Translations under genes and position numbers: made by a program
In this document: piece after piece, positions 1 through 11,253 of the stretch
Layout of the letters: each line of letters begins with the position of its first letter
Position numbering within the stretch: the stretch's first letter is position 1
Notes under the pieces: model-generated
The model's input: the letters and a program-made list of their open reading frames with translations, nothing else
What the model was told of the DNA's origin: nothing
Databases searched by the model: none
Source: the human T2T-CHM13v2.0 reference genome, Homo sapiens
Assembly: GCF_009914755.1 (NCBI RefSeq)
Contig: NC_060933.1
Direction: 5' to 3' (one strand)
Length of the DNA: 64,000 bases

Positions 1-1453
1 TCGCCAGCACCCTGGGGCCGGCCTAGAAAGGCAGCCCCTGCCTCCCTGCTGGGGTTGAAGGGACAGGAGGACCTCCCCAGCCCAGGGCTCTGGACCACAG
101 CCAGGGGTATAAGGGCAGGGAATTCTGGCTGGACAAAGGCAAAAAGTGGGGTGAGGGAGGATACAGGAAAGAAACACCAGGGAAGACGGTCAGGTCCCAG
201 CTCAGCTTCCTTTGAGGATTAAAGGATTTTAAAGCATTTATGTTTATTGGAATTTCAAACCAAAATACTGAAATAATAGCCTCCATGCTAGGCAAGGTGA
301 CCTTGCCTGCAGCATGGAGGGAGGCCAGCCACACCCAAGACAGCCCTGACGGAAAACCTGCCCTCAATGACAAAGGGGTCCAGGGAGGCTGCGGCTTCCC
401 TCCACCTCGATTCAGCCTGCAACAGCCGGTGGCCGGGCCTGGGGGAGGCCGAGGGGAGGGACCTGTGCCGCAGTGACCTCACCAAAGGCAGCTGTGACCC
501 ACAGAGCAGCTGAAAGCAAGGCCAAGGGCCGCTTTCAAGGGACAGTTTGTTTAGAGTTTCAAGTTCTAGACCAAGCACGTCCTTGTTCTATAGATGGGGC
601 CAGTGGAGGACTTGTGTGGGTCATGGGTGGGGGTGAGGGGAGGTGCTGGCAGGGAAGGAGGGCTCCTTGGCAAGGCAGTCCCACCCGGCAAGGGGCCACA
701 GTCTGTCCTGGGAGGCTCCTTCCAAGCAGAACTCTGGGTGCGCAGGGCCCACCACACCCCATTCCCCAGAATAAGCGGGGTGCTGCCTGGCACTTTGTCA
801 GGGGTTCACATTAAAGTGTGGTGGCTCTTTGGTTAGTTGGTGCCCTTGGGCTGAGCCACTGCAGGCTCACTCTGTGCAGGGCCCAGCCATGACAGTCACT
901 GTATAGGGGCACGGAGACGGTGGCCACCCAAGAGGTTTGGGGGAGCTGGAGGTTGAAAGGGCTGCCTGGACCTCCCAGGGTCGTTCCCAGCACCCGCGGG
1001 ACAGTGACCTTGGCCTTGCTGCTTGGGCTCTGGAGATTTACAAGGTGGAAGTGAGGAGAGGCCAGTTGTGACTATTCAGTGGCAGGGTTTTATAGATCTC
1101 TTCCCACCCTCCCTGCTGTCTGGGAGACTGATCACCCGATAGGCATTCCTGTTCCAGTCGGATAACTAGACGGTGTGAGAAAGGCCGGCAGCCGAGCCTG
1201 GGGTGGAAGGAAACCACCGTAAAGCCACAGATGTCCCAAGACCAACTTGGCACGTGTGCATGTGCGCACCCCACCCCAGCAGCCCCCATGGGAGGCCCAG
1301 CCTGAGAAGCCACTCTTGGGGCTGGGGGTGGGAAAAGGGGGTTGATGCCCCGTGGTTCTCACATAGATCCAGAAGAGAAGAAAGGCTGAGAGCTTCGGTC
1401 ACCAGGCTGTGGCCTGAGAGAGTTGCTGATGGCACCAAAAGCCTGTTGAAGGC

Positions 1454-1494
1454 TGTGTGTGTGTGTGTGTGTGTGTGTGCACACACACACACAC
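1454..1494. repeat. (TG)13(CA)7 compound microsatellite containing a 30-bp perfect palindrome
   Basis: Read directly. The palindrome spans 1465-1494. Confidence 0.95.
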
Positions 1495-3239
1495 TAGTAG
1501 GGAGAGGCAGTGCAGGGCTAAATGCAGAAATGCAGAGAAAGACCTCTGACCACACAGTTCTGTCTAGTCCCAACAGCTTACAAGGAACCAGACCGGTCCC
1601 TGCGGTGTTTGTTGAGATAAAACAAGGTCAGGGTTTGGCTTCTCAGCCCCAGGACTTAAAGGGGGTGGGCCCAGGGGGAGCTGCTGTAAAGACCAGAGCC
1701 TCCCACCCCCGCCTGGGCCCACCCAGCATCTGGCTGCTCTGCCACCCCTACCTGACCCTGGCAGTCGCTGAGTGGGGCCTGGGGGCGGGCCTGGGGCTGC
1801 TCCCAGGGGGACTGTCCATTCTGAGTCTCCCACAGGCTCCCCACCTGGGAGAGGAGTGCCCAGCTCTGATCCTGCCTGGGGCCGCCTGCCCAGACAGCTC
1901 ATCTGTGGCTTTGTCTGGGGCACAGAGGCGACTGGGTGTGCACCCTGTGGTTTCCATTTTCTTAAGCTTTCTTTGTGCTCCTTCTGCCTGTAATTTCTTT
2001 CAGCCTGGGCCTTTGTGGAATCTGTCCGCCACTTTAAAGCGCAGCCGAGGAGGTGCTTTTGCCAGCGGGGTGTGGGTGGGGTGCTGAAGCTGCCCATGGT
2101 CAGACCCTGACTCACTGCCAAGAGTCCTGAGTTCCAGAAAGTTCCTTTCTGCTCTCATAGTCCTCCCTTGCCACAACGAGGTCTGACAGAACAGAAGTGC
2201 GTTTCCTGACGACTGGATCGGACGCTCATGGCGAGCTCTGAAAGGCAGGAGTCAAGGAAGCCCTCTGTGGCTAAGACACCACACTCTTCACCCGTGATCC
2301 CTGAGGTTTCTGCATTCTGACCCTATGATTTAAGTCCCCAGGGACTTCAGCTGCAGTTATGTTTAGGGAGGGAGGCTCAGGAAGAACATGAATTACGGCA
2401 TAACTCAGAGATGAGGCCGGAGTCCGTTTCAGTGATTGCTGATGGAATGGAACAAGTGTGCATTTATGTTGGGTTGTAAAGAAAACACAGATAATTTATG
2501 GGGAAGGAGCTATAGTTTGATGATTGTATCTGCTTTACTAAGTTAAAAGCGTGGAGGAAGTGACTGCAGAAACTTGGTTTTAGCACAGCTGAGGCAGAGG
2601 ACTTGCGTACAGGAGGAAAGCCATGATGAGCACAGGGCCCTGGCAGATGGAGGATGGGTCTTTGGAAAGCTGGGTCATGGCCCAACAAATGTCAGGGCAC
2701 ATGCGTCCAGTCATAGTAAGTAGACTTTTTCTAGAAAATTCTGTCCAATGGTAGAACATAAGTCCTGTGAATAAGAAACAAAAGCACCACCACGGTGACT
2801 ACGGTGCAAGGATCAGAGATGGCGCTGTCTCCTTTTAAAGTTACAGATGGTGCCTGGCCTCCTTCCCTTCAGGGCAGCGTTTAACGGCAGCCCTCTCTTA
2901 GAGCAAACAAAGAGTCTTCCTTTGCATACTTGATAACAACTTATTTTTCTCATAGATCACACATGCAAACAAATATAGGTAATATGTAAACAAAAAGTAA
3001 GTTTTCTCTGCCTTTTCAGCTAGTCTCTTCCCCAAATCACTATAATGAAGTTGATTACCGTCTCCACCCTGGCGCCGGCAAGCACGTGTGCAGGCCCTGC
3101 TTTATACACGGAGGGTGGCACAGTGTTCACACGGGTCTAGATTGGCACGTACATAACGCTCGCTTCTCTGTGTCGATGGCTGCATTGCATGGACGCGCTG
3201 TAACTCGAGAGGCAGTGACACCCCACCTTCTGGGGGCTT

Positions 3240-3330
3240 CGTTCAAGTCCCAGCCCTGCTAGATGGCCTCAGTGTAGCCTTGGGCACATTATTCGGCCTC
3301 TCTGTGTTTGCATTTCCTCCTCTGTAAGCT
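3240..3330 (+). mobile_element. MIR fragment
   Basis: GTTCAAGTCCCAGCCCTGC...CCTTGGGCACATTATTCGGCCTCTCTGTGTTTGCATTTCCTCCTCTGTAA resembles the MIR core. Confidence 0.7.
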
Positions 3331-3714
3331 TCAGCTGACTTTGTTGGGTCAGTGTGTGTGAAGTGGACAGCAGGCCCGGGCTCAAGGGTAAGAGTGTGCA
3401 CTTGCTTGCACGCAGGCTTTTCCTTTTTTTCTCTCGTTCCTCTCTCTCCCCCACCCCTTTCTTGCTCTTCTCCTTTCTCTCCCTTTCCTCCCTCTCTGTT
3501 TCCTTTCATTTATATCTTTATGTGAACCTCTGAGTTGCCCCAGTGGTTGTTGGCTGTCGCATCCTGCACACGCACAGGCGCCGGCATATCCACGGGGAAA
3601 GCCCTAGATGTGCGCACTAGTGTGGATCCCTGCAGTCTGCAGTGGAGGGAGTGGGGTCAGGAGAACTGGGTGTCTGCTCCTTGGAGAAAGGATATATAAT
3701 CTTTTTCGATCTTA

Positions 3715-4560
<846 letters not shown>

Positions 4561-6344
4561 AGAGTCAATTTTCTATTTTGATTTTTTTCACCCTATCTTA
4601 CGGTGCTGATAAATTTGGATGTTTGACAGGCTGTCCTCCGAAAAGGTGGTACCAGTTTCCTGTCCCTTCCTCTGCCTGTTCCGCACTCTGTCATCAGCAT
4701 GGGGAGCATCAGCCTTGAGTGTTTCCCAAGCTGCCGTGGAGATGGTTGGGAGCACCTGGGCTTCTGCCACGCTGTGGAAAAGCCCCTGCCGTCCCGTTCC
4801 CTGTGTCGTGTGTGTCCCTGCCCGTGCGTTTCGAGCTGGCAGCTGTTTCCTTACTGATGTGTAGAAGAGCTTTAGAAGTTAGGAAATTCGCTTTTTTCAT
4901 GTGCTGCAAATACTTCTTCTTCCCTCAGTTTACCATGTGTATTGAGATACTTTGGTGAGTTTGCTTTTGATTTCTGTATGGCCAGTTTTACCCACCTTTT
5001 CTCCTGTGGTTTCTTGCTTTTGCGTTGGGCATGGAAAGGGTTCCCTGTGGCAGACACAGCCAAGGGAGATGCGTGGGGGGTCCCCACGGCCTGGCCTGAA
5101 AGGAGGCATGGAAGTCCGCAGGGATGCGCTGGAGCCTTGGGTCCCGCCCCCTCTTCGTGAGATCGGCATCCTCTCAGCTCCCCTTCCTCCCTCCAAAGGA
5201 CTGGAGAGTCTGCCCTGAGGCAGTGACCTGCACGCAGGGGTGTGGGTGGGCCGGGAGGGAGTGGCCGGGGCTGGACAGGGTGTGACCATCTGCAAACCAC
5301 TGAGGAACAAAGAAGTTCTAAATGAAAGACCAGAAAATGCTTTCTGCATTTTGGGAGGAGGGAAGCTTCAATTTTATAAGCGAAATCCTTATTTATCTAA
5401 GTAAGTAATGCAGCATCTCCCCAGAGTGGCTGCAGCCTCCCTGCCTCTCCGAAGCAGGGGAACTGCTAGAGGCTTCTCAGAACACACAGATCCCAGAACG
5501 AGCCATGCTCCAGATGCCGACGCTGGGAAAGGCAGAGGGCTGGGGAGCTTATTCTGTAACAGTTTTACTCCTGATACCATCTTTTCCCCGTTGATGGCAA
5601 TGTCTTTATCTTATACTAAATTCTGTACATGTACACGTGATTTACTCGGCGGGAGATGATGTCTGAAACCTAGGCAGTGAGTAGCGGGGAGTGACAGAGG
5701 GCCAGCTTCCTGGCTCCCCGACGGGCTGGATGTGGAGGTGGGAGAAAGGGAGGGGTCAAGAGTGGCTTCAGAACTCGCCCTGAGTCCCTGGCAGGATGGA
5801 ATGGCCATCGGCAACATGGGGAGCTGGTGGGTGCGGGAGGTGGGTGGAGCAGGTGGGCCCACCTGGGATGTGGTAAGCAGAGAGGGTCTTCACACCGCCA
5901 GTGGTGATGCCCAACAGGCGGCGGGCTCTCCGGGCCGGTGATCCAGGGGCAGGTGTGGCCCCTCTGCCTAGAGATGCCATGTGAAGCCACGGGCAGGACA
6001 GGGTCCAGCCTCTAGGTGGAGTCCAAGGGCGCCCACCAGGAGGGGGTCAGGAGAAGAGGAGGAGCATGTGAGCTGGGAGGAGGTCGGCCCATGAGGCCTG
6101 AGAGCTGGCCGCTGGCTGCAGCCACGGGGGCCCTTTCAGCCCCACCCATGTTTCCCTTCATGAGAACCTCACACCAAAGTATGTGTCAGTGCGTGGTACG
6201 CTTCACTTTCAGAGCTTGCCTGGCTGTTCATGAACGTTTACTGTCCATATGAATGTTGGAATCAGGTTGTCTATTCGCTGTGTCTACAACCGTTAGTGTC
6301 TGTGTCCAGGATGTCGTTCCAGAGGGAGAGGCCAGCAGTTACAG

Positions 6345-6533
6345 CAGTACCCTCGGTTGGAAGGGGATTGGGCAATGTCTGGAGAAAGTTTTGTCACCAC
6401 TGGTGGAAGGGGTGCACCGGCACCTAGTGGTGGAGGCCAGGATGCTGCCAACACCCTGCAGTGCACAGGACACCCCCACAACAGGGAGGCATCTGGTCCA
6501 AAGTGCTCATGGTGCTGCATTTAAGAAACCCAG
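6345..6533 (+). mobile_element. MER20 (hAT-Charlie MITE)
   Basis: GGCAATGTCTGGAGA...GGCACCTAGTGG..GAGGCCAGGATGCTGC...TGCACAGGACACCCCCACAACA...AAGAAACCC matches the recalled MER20 consensus. Confidence 0.8.
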
Positions 6534-7724
6534 ATTTAGGTGCCTACAAAACATCTTTCTGAAAAGGCTCACCTCTGCCTGTTCTGGTGCTGGCTGCTGG
6601 GCTGTTTCATGGGACGCAACCTTCTAAAATGCTCTGGCATAGGCTAAAGTATAGATGCTGTAATGAGCTGGAGACATTTTTATTGTCTCCATTTGCCCAG
6701 TGTTTGGCCCCTTCCTGTAGTTGGGTGATGCTTTTGGTGGTATCCAAGGTACCCAATAACGTTAAAGAAGCTGAAGCCAGATGCGTGATTTCCTAGCATC
6801 CCTGGCAGGCCTTTGACCCAGGCTCCTCCATCTGATGCACCTGGGCAGGGGTGTGGAAAGGAGTGGGCACAAGGGCCTTTCTCCCGGCTGGAGTGGGGTC
6901 CGGAAGGGCTGGGCAGCACGACTGGCCTTGCCAGAGCATCTGAAGCAAGGCTGGGACTGCTGCTGGCCGGCTCACACCAGGCCTCATCAGCCCAATACCT
7001 TTTTCATCAGTTCCCCTTTACTTTCAGCATTCAGTGCACGTTTCTGTTGCTTGCAACCAAAAGTCCTGGGTGAACAAATTCCCTGCCCAGAACAGCAAGT
7101 GCAGTAAGACACCATGACAGGAGCGGGAGGGAAGGCCTTTGCTATGAGCTCTCCATTACCAGTTTGGGCTTGAGGGGTGTGATTTGGACCCATGGTATAA
7201 ACCAATTGTGGAACTGGATTTTAGGAGGAGGCTTGAAGACATGTTATGTACTTACTGTATCTTAATTTTTGTTCTTTGGTTGTAAAATGGCTTAGCGATG
7301 ATTAATGACTTAGGATTTTTCGACAAAATCTACGGATTTCCCAACATTTGGCAGAGGGAAGAACTTTAGCACCCGAGCCCCCGGGCTGGGGGAGGTGGTC
7401 CTGGGCTGGAAACAGAGGAAGAAAAAGGCGAGGGGAGAAGCACGGGGAACTGTTTCTCTTCTTCCTTGGAAAGCAAAAAAATTTTGGATTCCTTGTTGAA
7501 TAAGGAGAACATTCCTCACATTTGCTCCCACTGTGCAAATCCTCCAGTGCATCCGCCGTCCTCTGGGCAGCGTAAGGCCAGGCTCGGTTTTGACTTCCCA
7601 GCATTTTGGGTGGATTCACTCTGCCAGGCTCACCAAGGTCCCTTCTTCTCTGGCTTCCCTGTCAAGACCCCATTCGTAACTTCTCCACTTCAACAGAAAA
7701 CTCGGCTTCCTCCCATCCCCTGGA

Positions 7725-7765
7725 CTAGCTCCCATTTCTGTCCTAGCTCCCATTTCTGTCCTAGC
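7725..7765. repeat. 18-bp tandem duplication (CTAGCTCCCATTTCTGTC x2.3)
   Basis: Read directly. Confidence 0.9.
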
Positions 7766-8347
7766 ACCTTGTCCCACCACTTAGACACCAGGCAGGACAG
7801 GGTGAAGAACAAACCACGAAACCCTGCCAACCATGGCTGCTCCAGTGAGAGGCTCCTCAGGAGTGTCTTAGCATTTCCTGTCTGCTCCCTCAGGCGCCCT
7901 CCTGACCCCGAGAGGGGCCCTAGTGTCCCATAGCCGGAAGCATGGGGAGTGCTGGAAACCCCACTGCAGTGGGGGTCCTGGGGGTGGCCACGGCGCTGCT
8001 CGCCTTGGCCGCATCACTCATGCCTCCCAGAGGGGCCTGTGGGGCTGGAGGAGGGGACAGCAGCCTGTGAAGCAACGGAGCGAGCAAGAGTGGGTGGGCT
8101 ATGCTGGTGGGACGAGGCCTTCAGCTTCAGGGATCAGGGAAGAGACAGAACAATTCAAGTGAGGCTTATGGTCAAGCCTGGCTTAGAGAAAACACAGATA
8201 TGAAACGCATGTAACCTGATCTTGGCAGGCCCTGCCAGATGCCTGCCCTTGTCCTCCTGCTTCCTCCTTGGTGACAGGACCCTTAGTTTTTAGGTATTTA
8301 GTAGCAAGGTTCCCAGGCCCAGAGGCTAAGCCATCCTCGGTCTCTTC

Positions 8348-8640
8348 CAGGGCACATCTAGGTTTCCTGAGGCCCGAAGCTTCCACTGTCTGGGGCCATC
8401 GGGGGAGCTTTTTCCTGAGAGAAGGATTGTAATATTTAATGGATACAACATTAGGTGCAAACTGAAGTTTTATTTAGAATGAAAAAATAGACAACAAATT
8501 ACAGATTTTAAAGAGCTAAAAAATTCCACAGATGTCACGGAGTCCAGGGGAATAACAGCCTGGTTGGAGGGGCGCTCTCCGCCTCTTCTGTATTTTTGGC
8601 TCTCTCTGAGGGTAGTGGTTTTACCAGCATGCTTTATCAA
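8348..8640 (+). mobile_element. MER96B-like hAT DNA transposon relic overlapping the FANCC 3' end
   Basis: CAGGGCACATCTAGGTTTCCTGAGGCCCGAAGCTT...ATTAGGTGCAAACTGAAGTTTTATTTAGAATGAAAAAATAGACAACAAATTACAGATTTT resembles the recalled consensus. The right end is uncertain. Confidence 0.55.
8469..8474 (-). terminator. Distal polyadenylation signal AATAAA of FANCC
   Basis: TTTATT on + strand. Distance from the stop codon fits a ~4.6 kb mRNA. Confidence 0.75.
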
Positions 8641-9550
8641 AAACTAAACTATCAGGGAGAGTCTACAAAAACTCCTGCTAGAGTAAGGTCAGATTCCAGA
8701 CCCTGTCGCACCTCTGAAGACCTTGGTCCAGTTCCTTCCAGGGTGGCTTCACGCCTTGCCATCCCTGCCTCCCTGCGGCTGCCCCTGTGCCCAGGCCCCG
8801 CCAACGCCGTCAAGGCCCCCTCGGCCACGCCGCGTCCCCGCCCAGCATCTCGGATGCCATTCCTTCCCGGTGGCACCTGCCCAGGCTTTGCCGAAATCGA
8901 AGGCAACAAGAGGGGGAGGTGGGCTTAAGAGTGCCTGCCCGGCCGCCACCTGTCTTGGAGGTGGAGGGAATGGCCGAGGGGTGGCTCCCCCAGCTCCCCA
9001 CCTTTGAGCATCTCTCAGGCTGGGAAAGGGCAAAGGGCCACATGAAGCCAGCAGGCACTTCAGTGCCACGTCCCCAGAGGGACAGTCCTCCCACCCAGGA
9101 ACCCCTGGCTGCCCAGAAAGCACCACCGGCAAGGCCGCCTCCACCGCACCCGTGAGAGGACTCGGCAGCTGTGAAGGAACTGGGAGATTCTGCAGATGGG
9201 CCGAGGTCAGGGCTTCCAGGCTAGGAAGAAGTTTTCCAGATGCCTAGCTTCACCAGTCCCAGGAGAAGGAAGGAAGGGGCATGGGCAGAGGCCTGGCAGG
9301 GGAGGAGGAAGAGGCCAACCCTGTACACAGGACCACAGGACAGGGTGGAGGACTGTCCCAGGAGTCCCTCCACAACAGGAGGCCTGGTCCCAGTGGCCCC
9401 TCTCTCTAGGGGTTCCCTGCTGCCACCATGTCCACAGAGGAGTCACAGCTTCCATGGCCCAGCCACAAGTTCTGGCTTAAAGTCAGAACAGGAGAGAGGC
9501 CCTCAACTCCAGTGAAGCATGCAGCTCCTTTTTCAACCCCAACACCTCTG

Positions 9551-9671
9551 ACGAAGCATGTTTGTTATATGAAGGCAAGGATCATGATGGCACGAAGCAT
9601 GTTATATGAAGGCAATGACCATGAGCACGAAGCATGTTATATGAAGGCAATGACCATGATGGCAGCTGCCA
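9551..9671. repeat. ~35-bp minisatellite (3 copies) plus a 12-bp palindrome in the FANCC 3'UTR
   Basis: Unit ACGAAGCATGTTATATGAAGGCAATGACCATGAGC. TGGCAGCTGCCA at 9660-9671 is self-complementary. Confidence 0.92.
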
Positions 9672-10038
9672 CCAAAATACTTTACCAGCACACCCTTCTG
9701 ACTGCAGCATTTCTCAGAAGAAAGGCTCAGGTGAAAAGTTCCTGGAATTTTCCAGATCTTCAGTGGATCTATTAGCATTGCCACATACCAAAATAAGGAA
9801 TTTCCCTAAAGGTTAGCTTCTAATCCAGCAAAACTTTGCTCATACCTCAAAACGGAGCCAAGACTCAGACTAATACACACAAATCAAAATGGACAAAAGC
9901 AAGTCTTGACTCACTTGACAAACAGAATAGACACAAAAGAATGTACAACCAATACAATTCCAGAATGTCCCTGAAAGGAAAAAGCACCCTGTACTGACAT
10001 GAAATAAATGTTAACCTTGAGATTACACTAACAATGCC

Positions 10039-10326
10039 TTTTTTTAAGAGATGGTCTCGCTCTGTTGCCCAGGCTGGAGTGCAGTGTCATGATCTCGGCT
10101 CACTACAACTCCCACCTCCCGGGTTCAAGAGATCCTCATGCCTCAGCCTCTTGAATAGCTGGGATTACAGATGCATGCCATTGCACCCCGATAATTTTTG
10201 TATTTTTAGTAGAGATAGGGTATTGCCATGTTAGCCAGGCAGTCTGGAACTCCTGGGCTGAAGTAATCCCCCTGCCTTGGCCTCCCAAAGTGCTGGGATC
10301 ACAGGTGTGAGCCACTGCACCCAGCC
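10039..10326 (-). mobile_element. Alu within the FANCC 3'UTR (sense to the mRNA)
   Basis: Full dimeric Alu, antisense on the + strand. Confidence 0.93.
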
Positions 10327-10707
10327 AGGCCAATTCTTTATCAGGAATTTCCAATTCCCATTTCCATTTAACAAGAGAACTAACTAACTGAATTAATCCT
10401 GCCTTCTAATGTTTCTGGAACACATCCTCTACCTTCGCCTGCCGGCTCCTCTGATGTCCCAAGGGCCTTTTGGTAGCAGTTAGCATCATTTAGCAAATAC
10501 AGAGTGGAAAGAGTGTGCCGGAGGCCCGGGCTTGGGTGTGCTGTCTGCTCCTGTGGCCTGTCAGGCAGGTCCAGGGAGACACAAGGGAAGCCTGAGGGAC
10601 CCTGACTCCCCTTGAAGAATTTCTCCATACAGCAAGACAGTGTGGCTTTATCCCAGATCCCTGACTCCTAAAAAGAGTCTAAAAAGAGCTAAGTTCTCTC
10701 TAAATTC

Positions 10708-10713
10708 TTTAAT
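10708..10713 (-). terminator. Candidate proximal polyadenylation signal ATTAAA of FANCC
   Basis: TTTAAT on + strand ~390 nt after the stop codon, followed on the mRNA strand by T-rich runs (CTCTTTTTAGACTCTTTTT). Confidence 0.5.
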
Positions 10714-11103
10714 GGTTCATGACCAAATTCTTGGTTCTAAGACTTTGAATTTTTAAATAATAGATGTGCAGCTTGACTTGGGTAAAAACTAGAAACCTGT
10801 TCTCCCACCCAGGCCTTTGCTTTAGTAATTATCAAGCTGACGGTCTGGCCGGGCGGGCACCAGGAGTACCGAAGGCTCACTTGAGTCATTAGTGAACATG
10901 TCTGACTGAGTCTGGGCTGAGGGACCTGGCTCTGCATTTTGTAAAATAGATACTAGCAGATTGTCCCAAGATGTGTACAGCTCATTCTCACAGCCCAGCG
11001 AGGGCACTTACTCCACAAATGCGTGGCCACAGGTCATCACCTGTCCTGTGGCCCTGGCGAGCCTGATCCCTCACGCCGGGCACCCACACGGCCTGCGTGC
11101 CTT

Positions 11104-11253
<150 letters not shown>

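Larger units (their letters stand above)
8451..11103 (-). other. FANCC: FANCC 3'UTR (longest form; 3' end approximate)
   Basis: Follows the stop codon. A minus-strand AATAAA at 8469-8474 predicts cleavage near 8450. Contains an Alu and a ~35-bp tandem repeat. Confidence 0.8.

Noticed and set aside
1203-2087. 294-aa plus-strand ORF, the longest in the track
   Set aside because: Non-ATG start, runs through the TG/CA microsatellite (VCVCVC..HTHT), low-complexity GC-rich composition and no recognisable domain. Likely a chance ORF.
2810-2856. Two CTCF-like half motifs (AGAGATGGCGC, ACAGATGGTGC)
   Set aside because: The 5' half of the core consensus matches poorly, too weak to call without ChIP data.
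9551-9660. CRISPR-like array (repeat of ~35 bp)
   Set aside because: The units are directly tandem with no unique spacers, and the DNA is mammalian. It is a minisatellite.
9724-9730. miR-24 7-mer seed match (CTGAGCC on the mRNA) in the FANCC 3'UTR
   Set aside because: A single 7-mer in 2.6 kb is readily expected by chance, and no conservation evidence is available.
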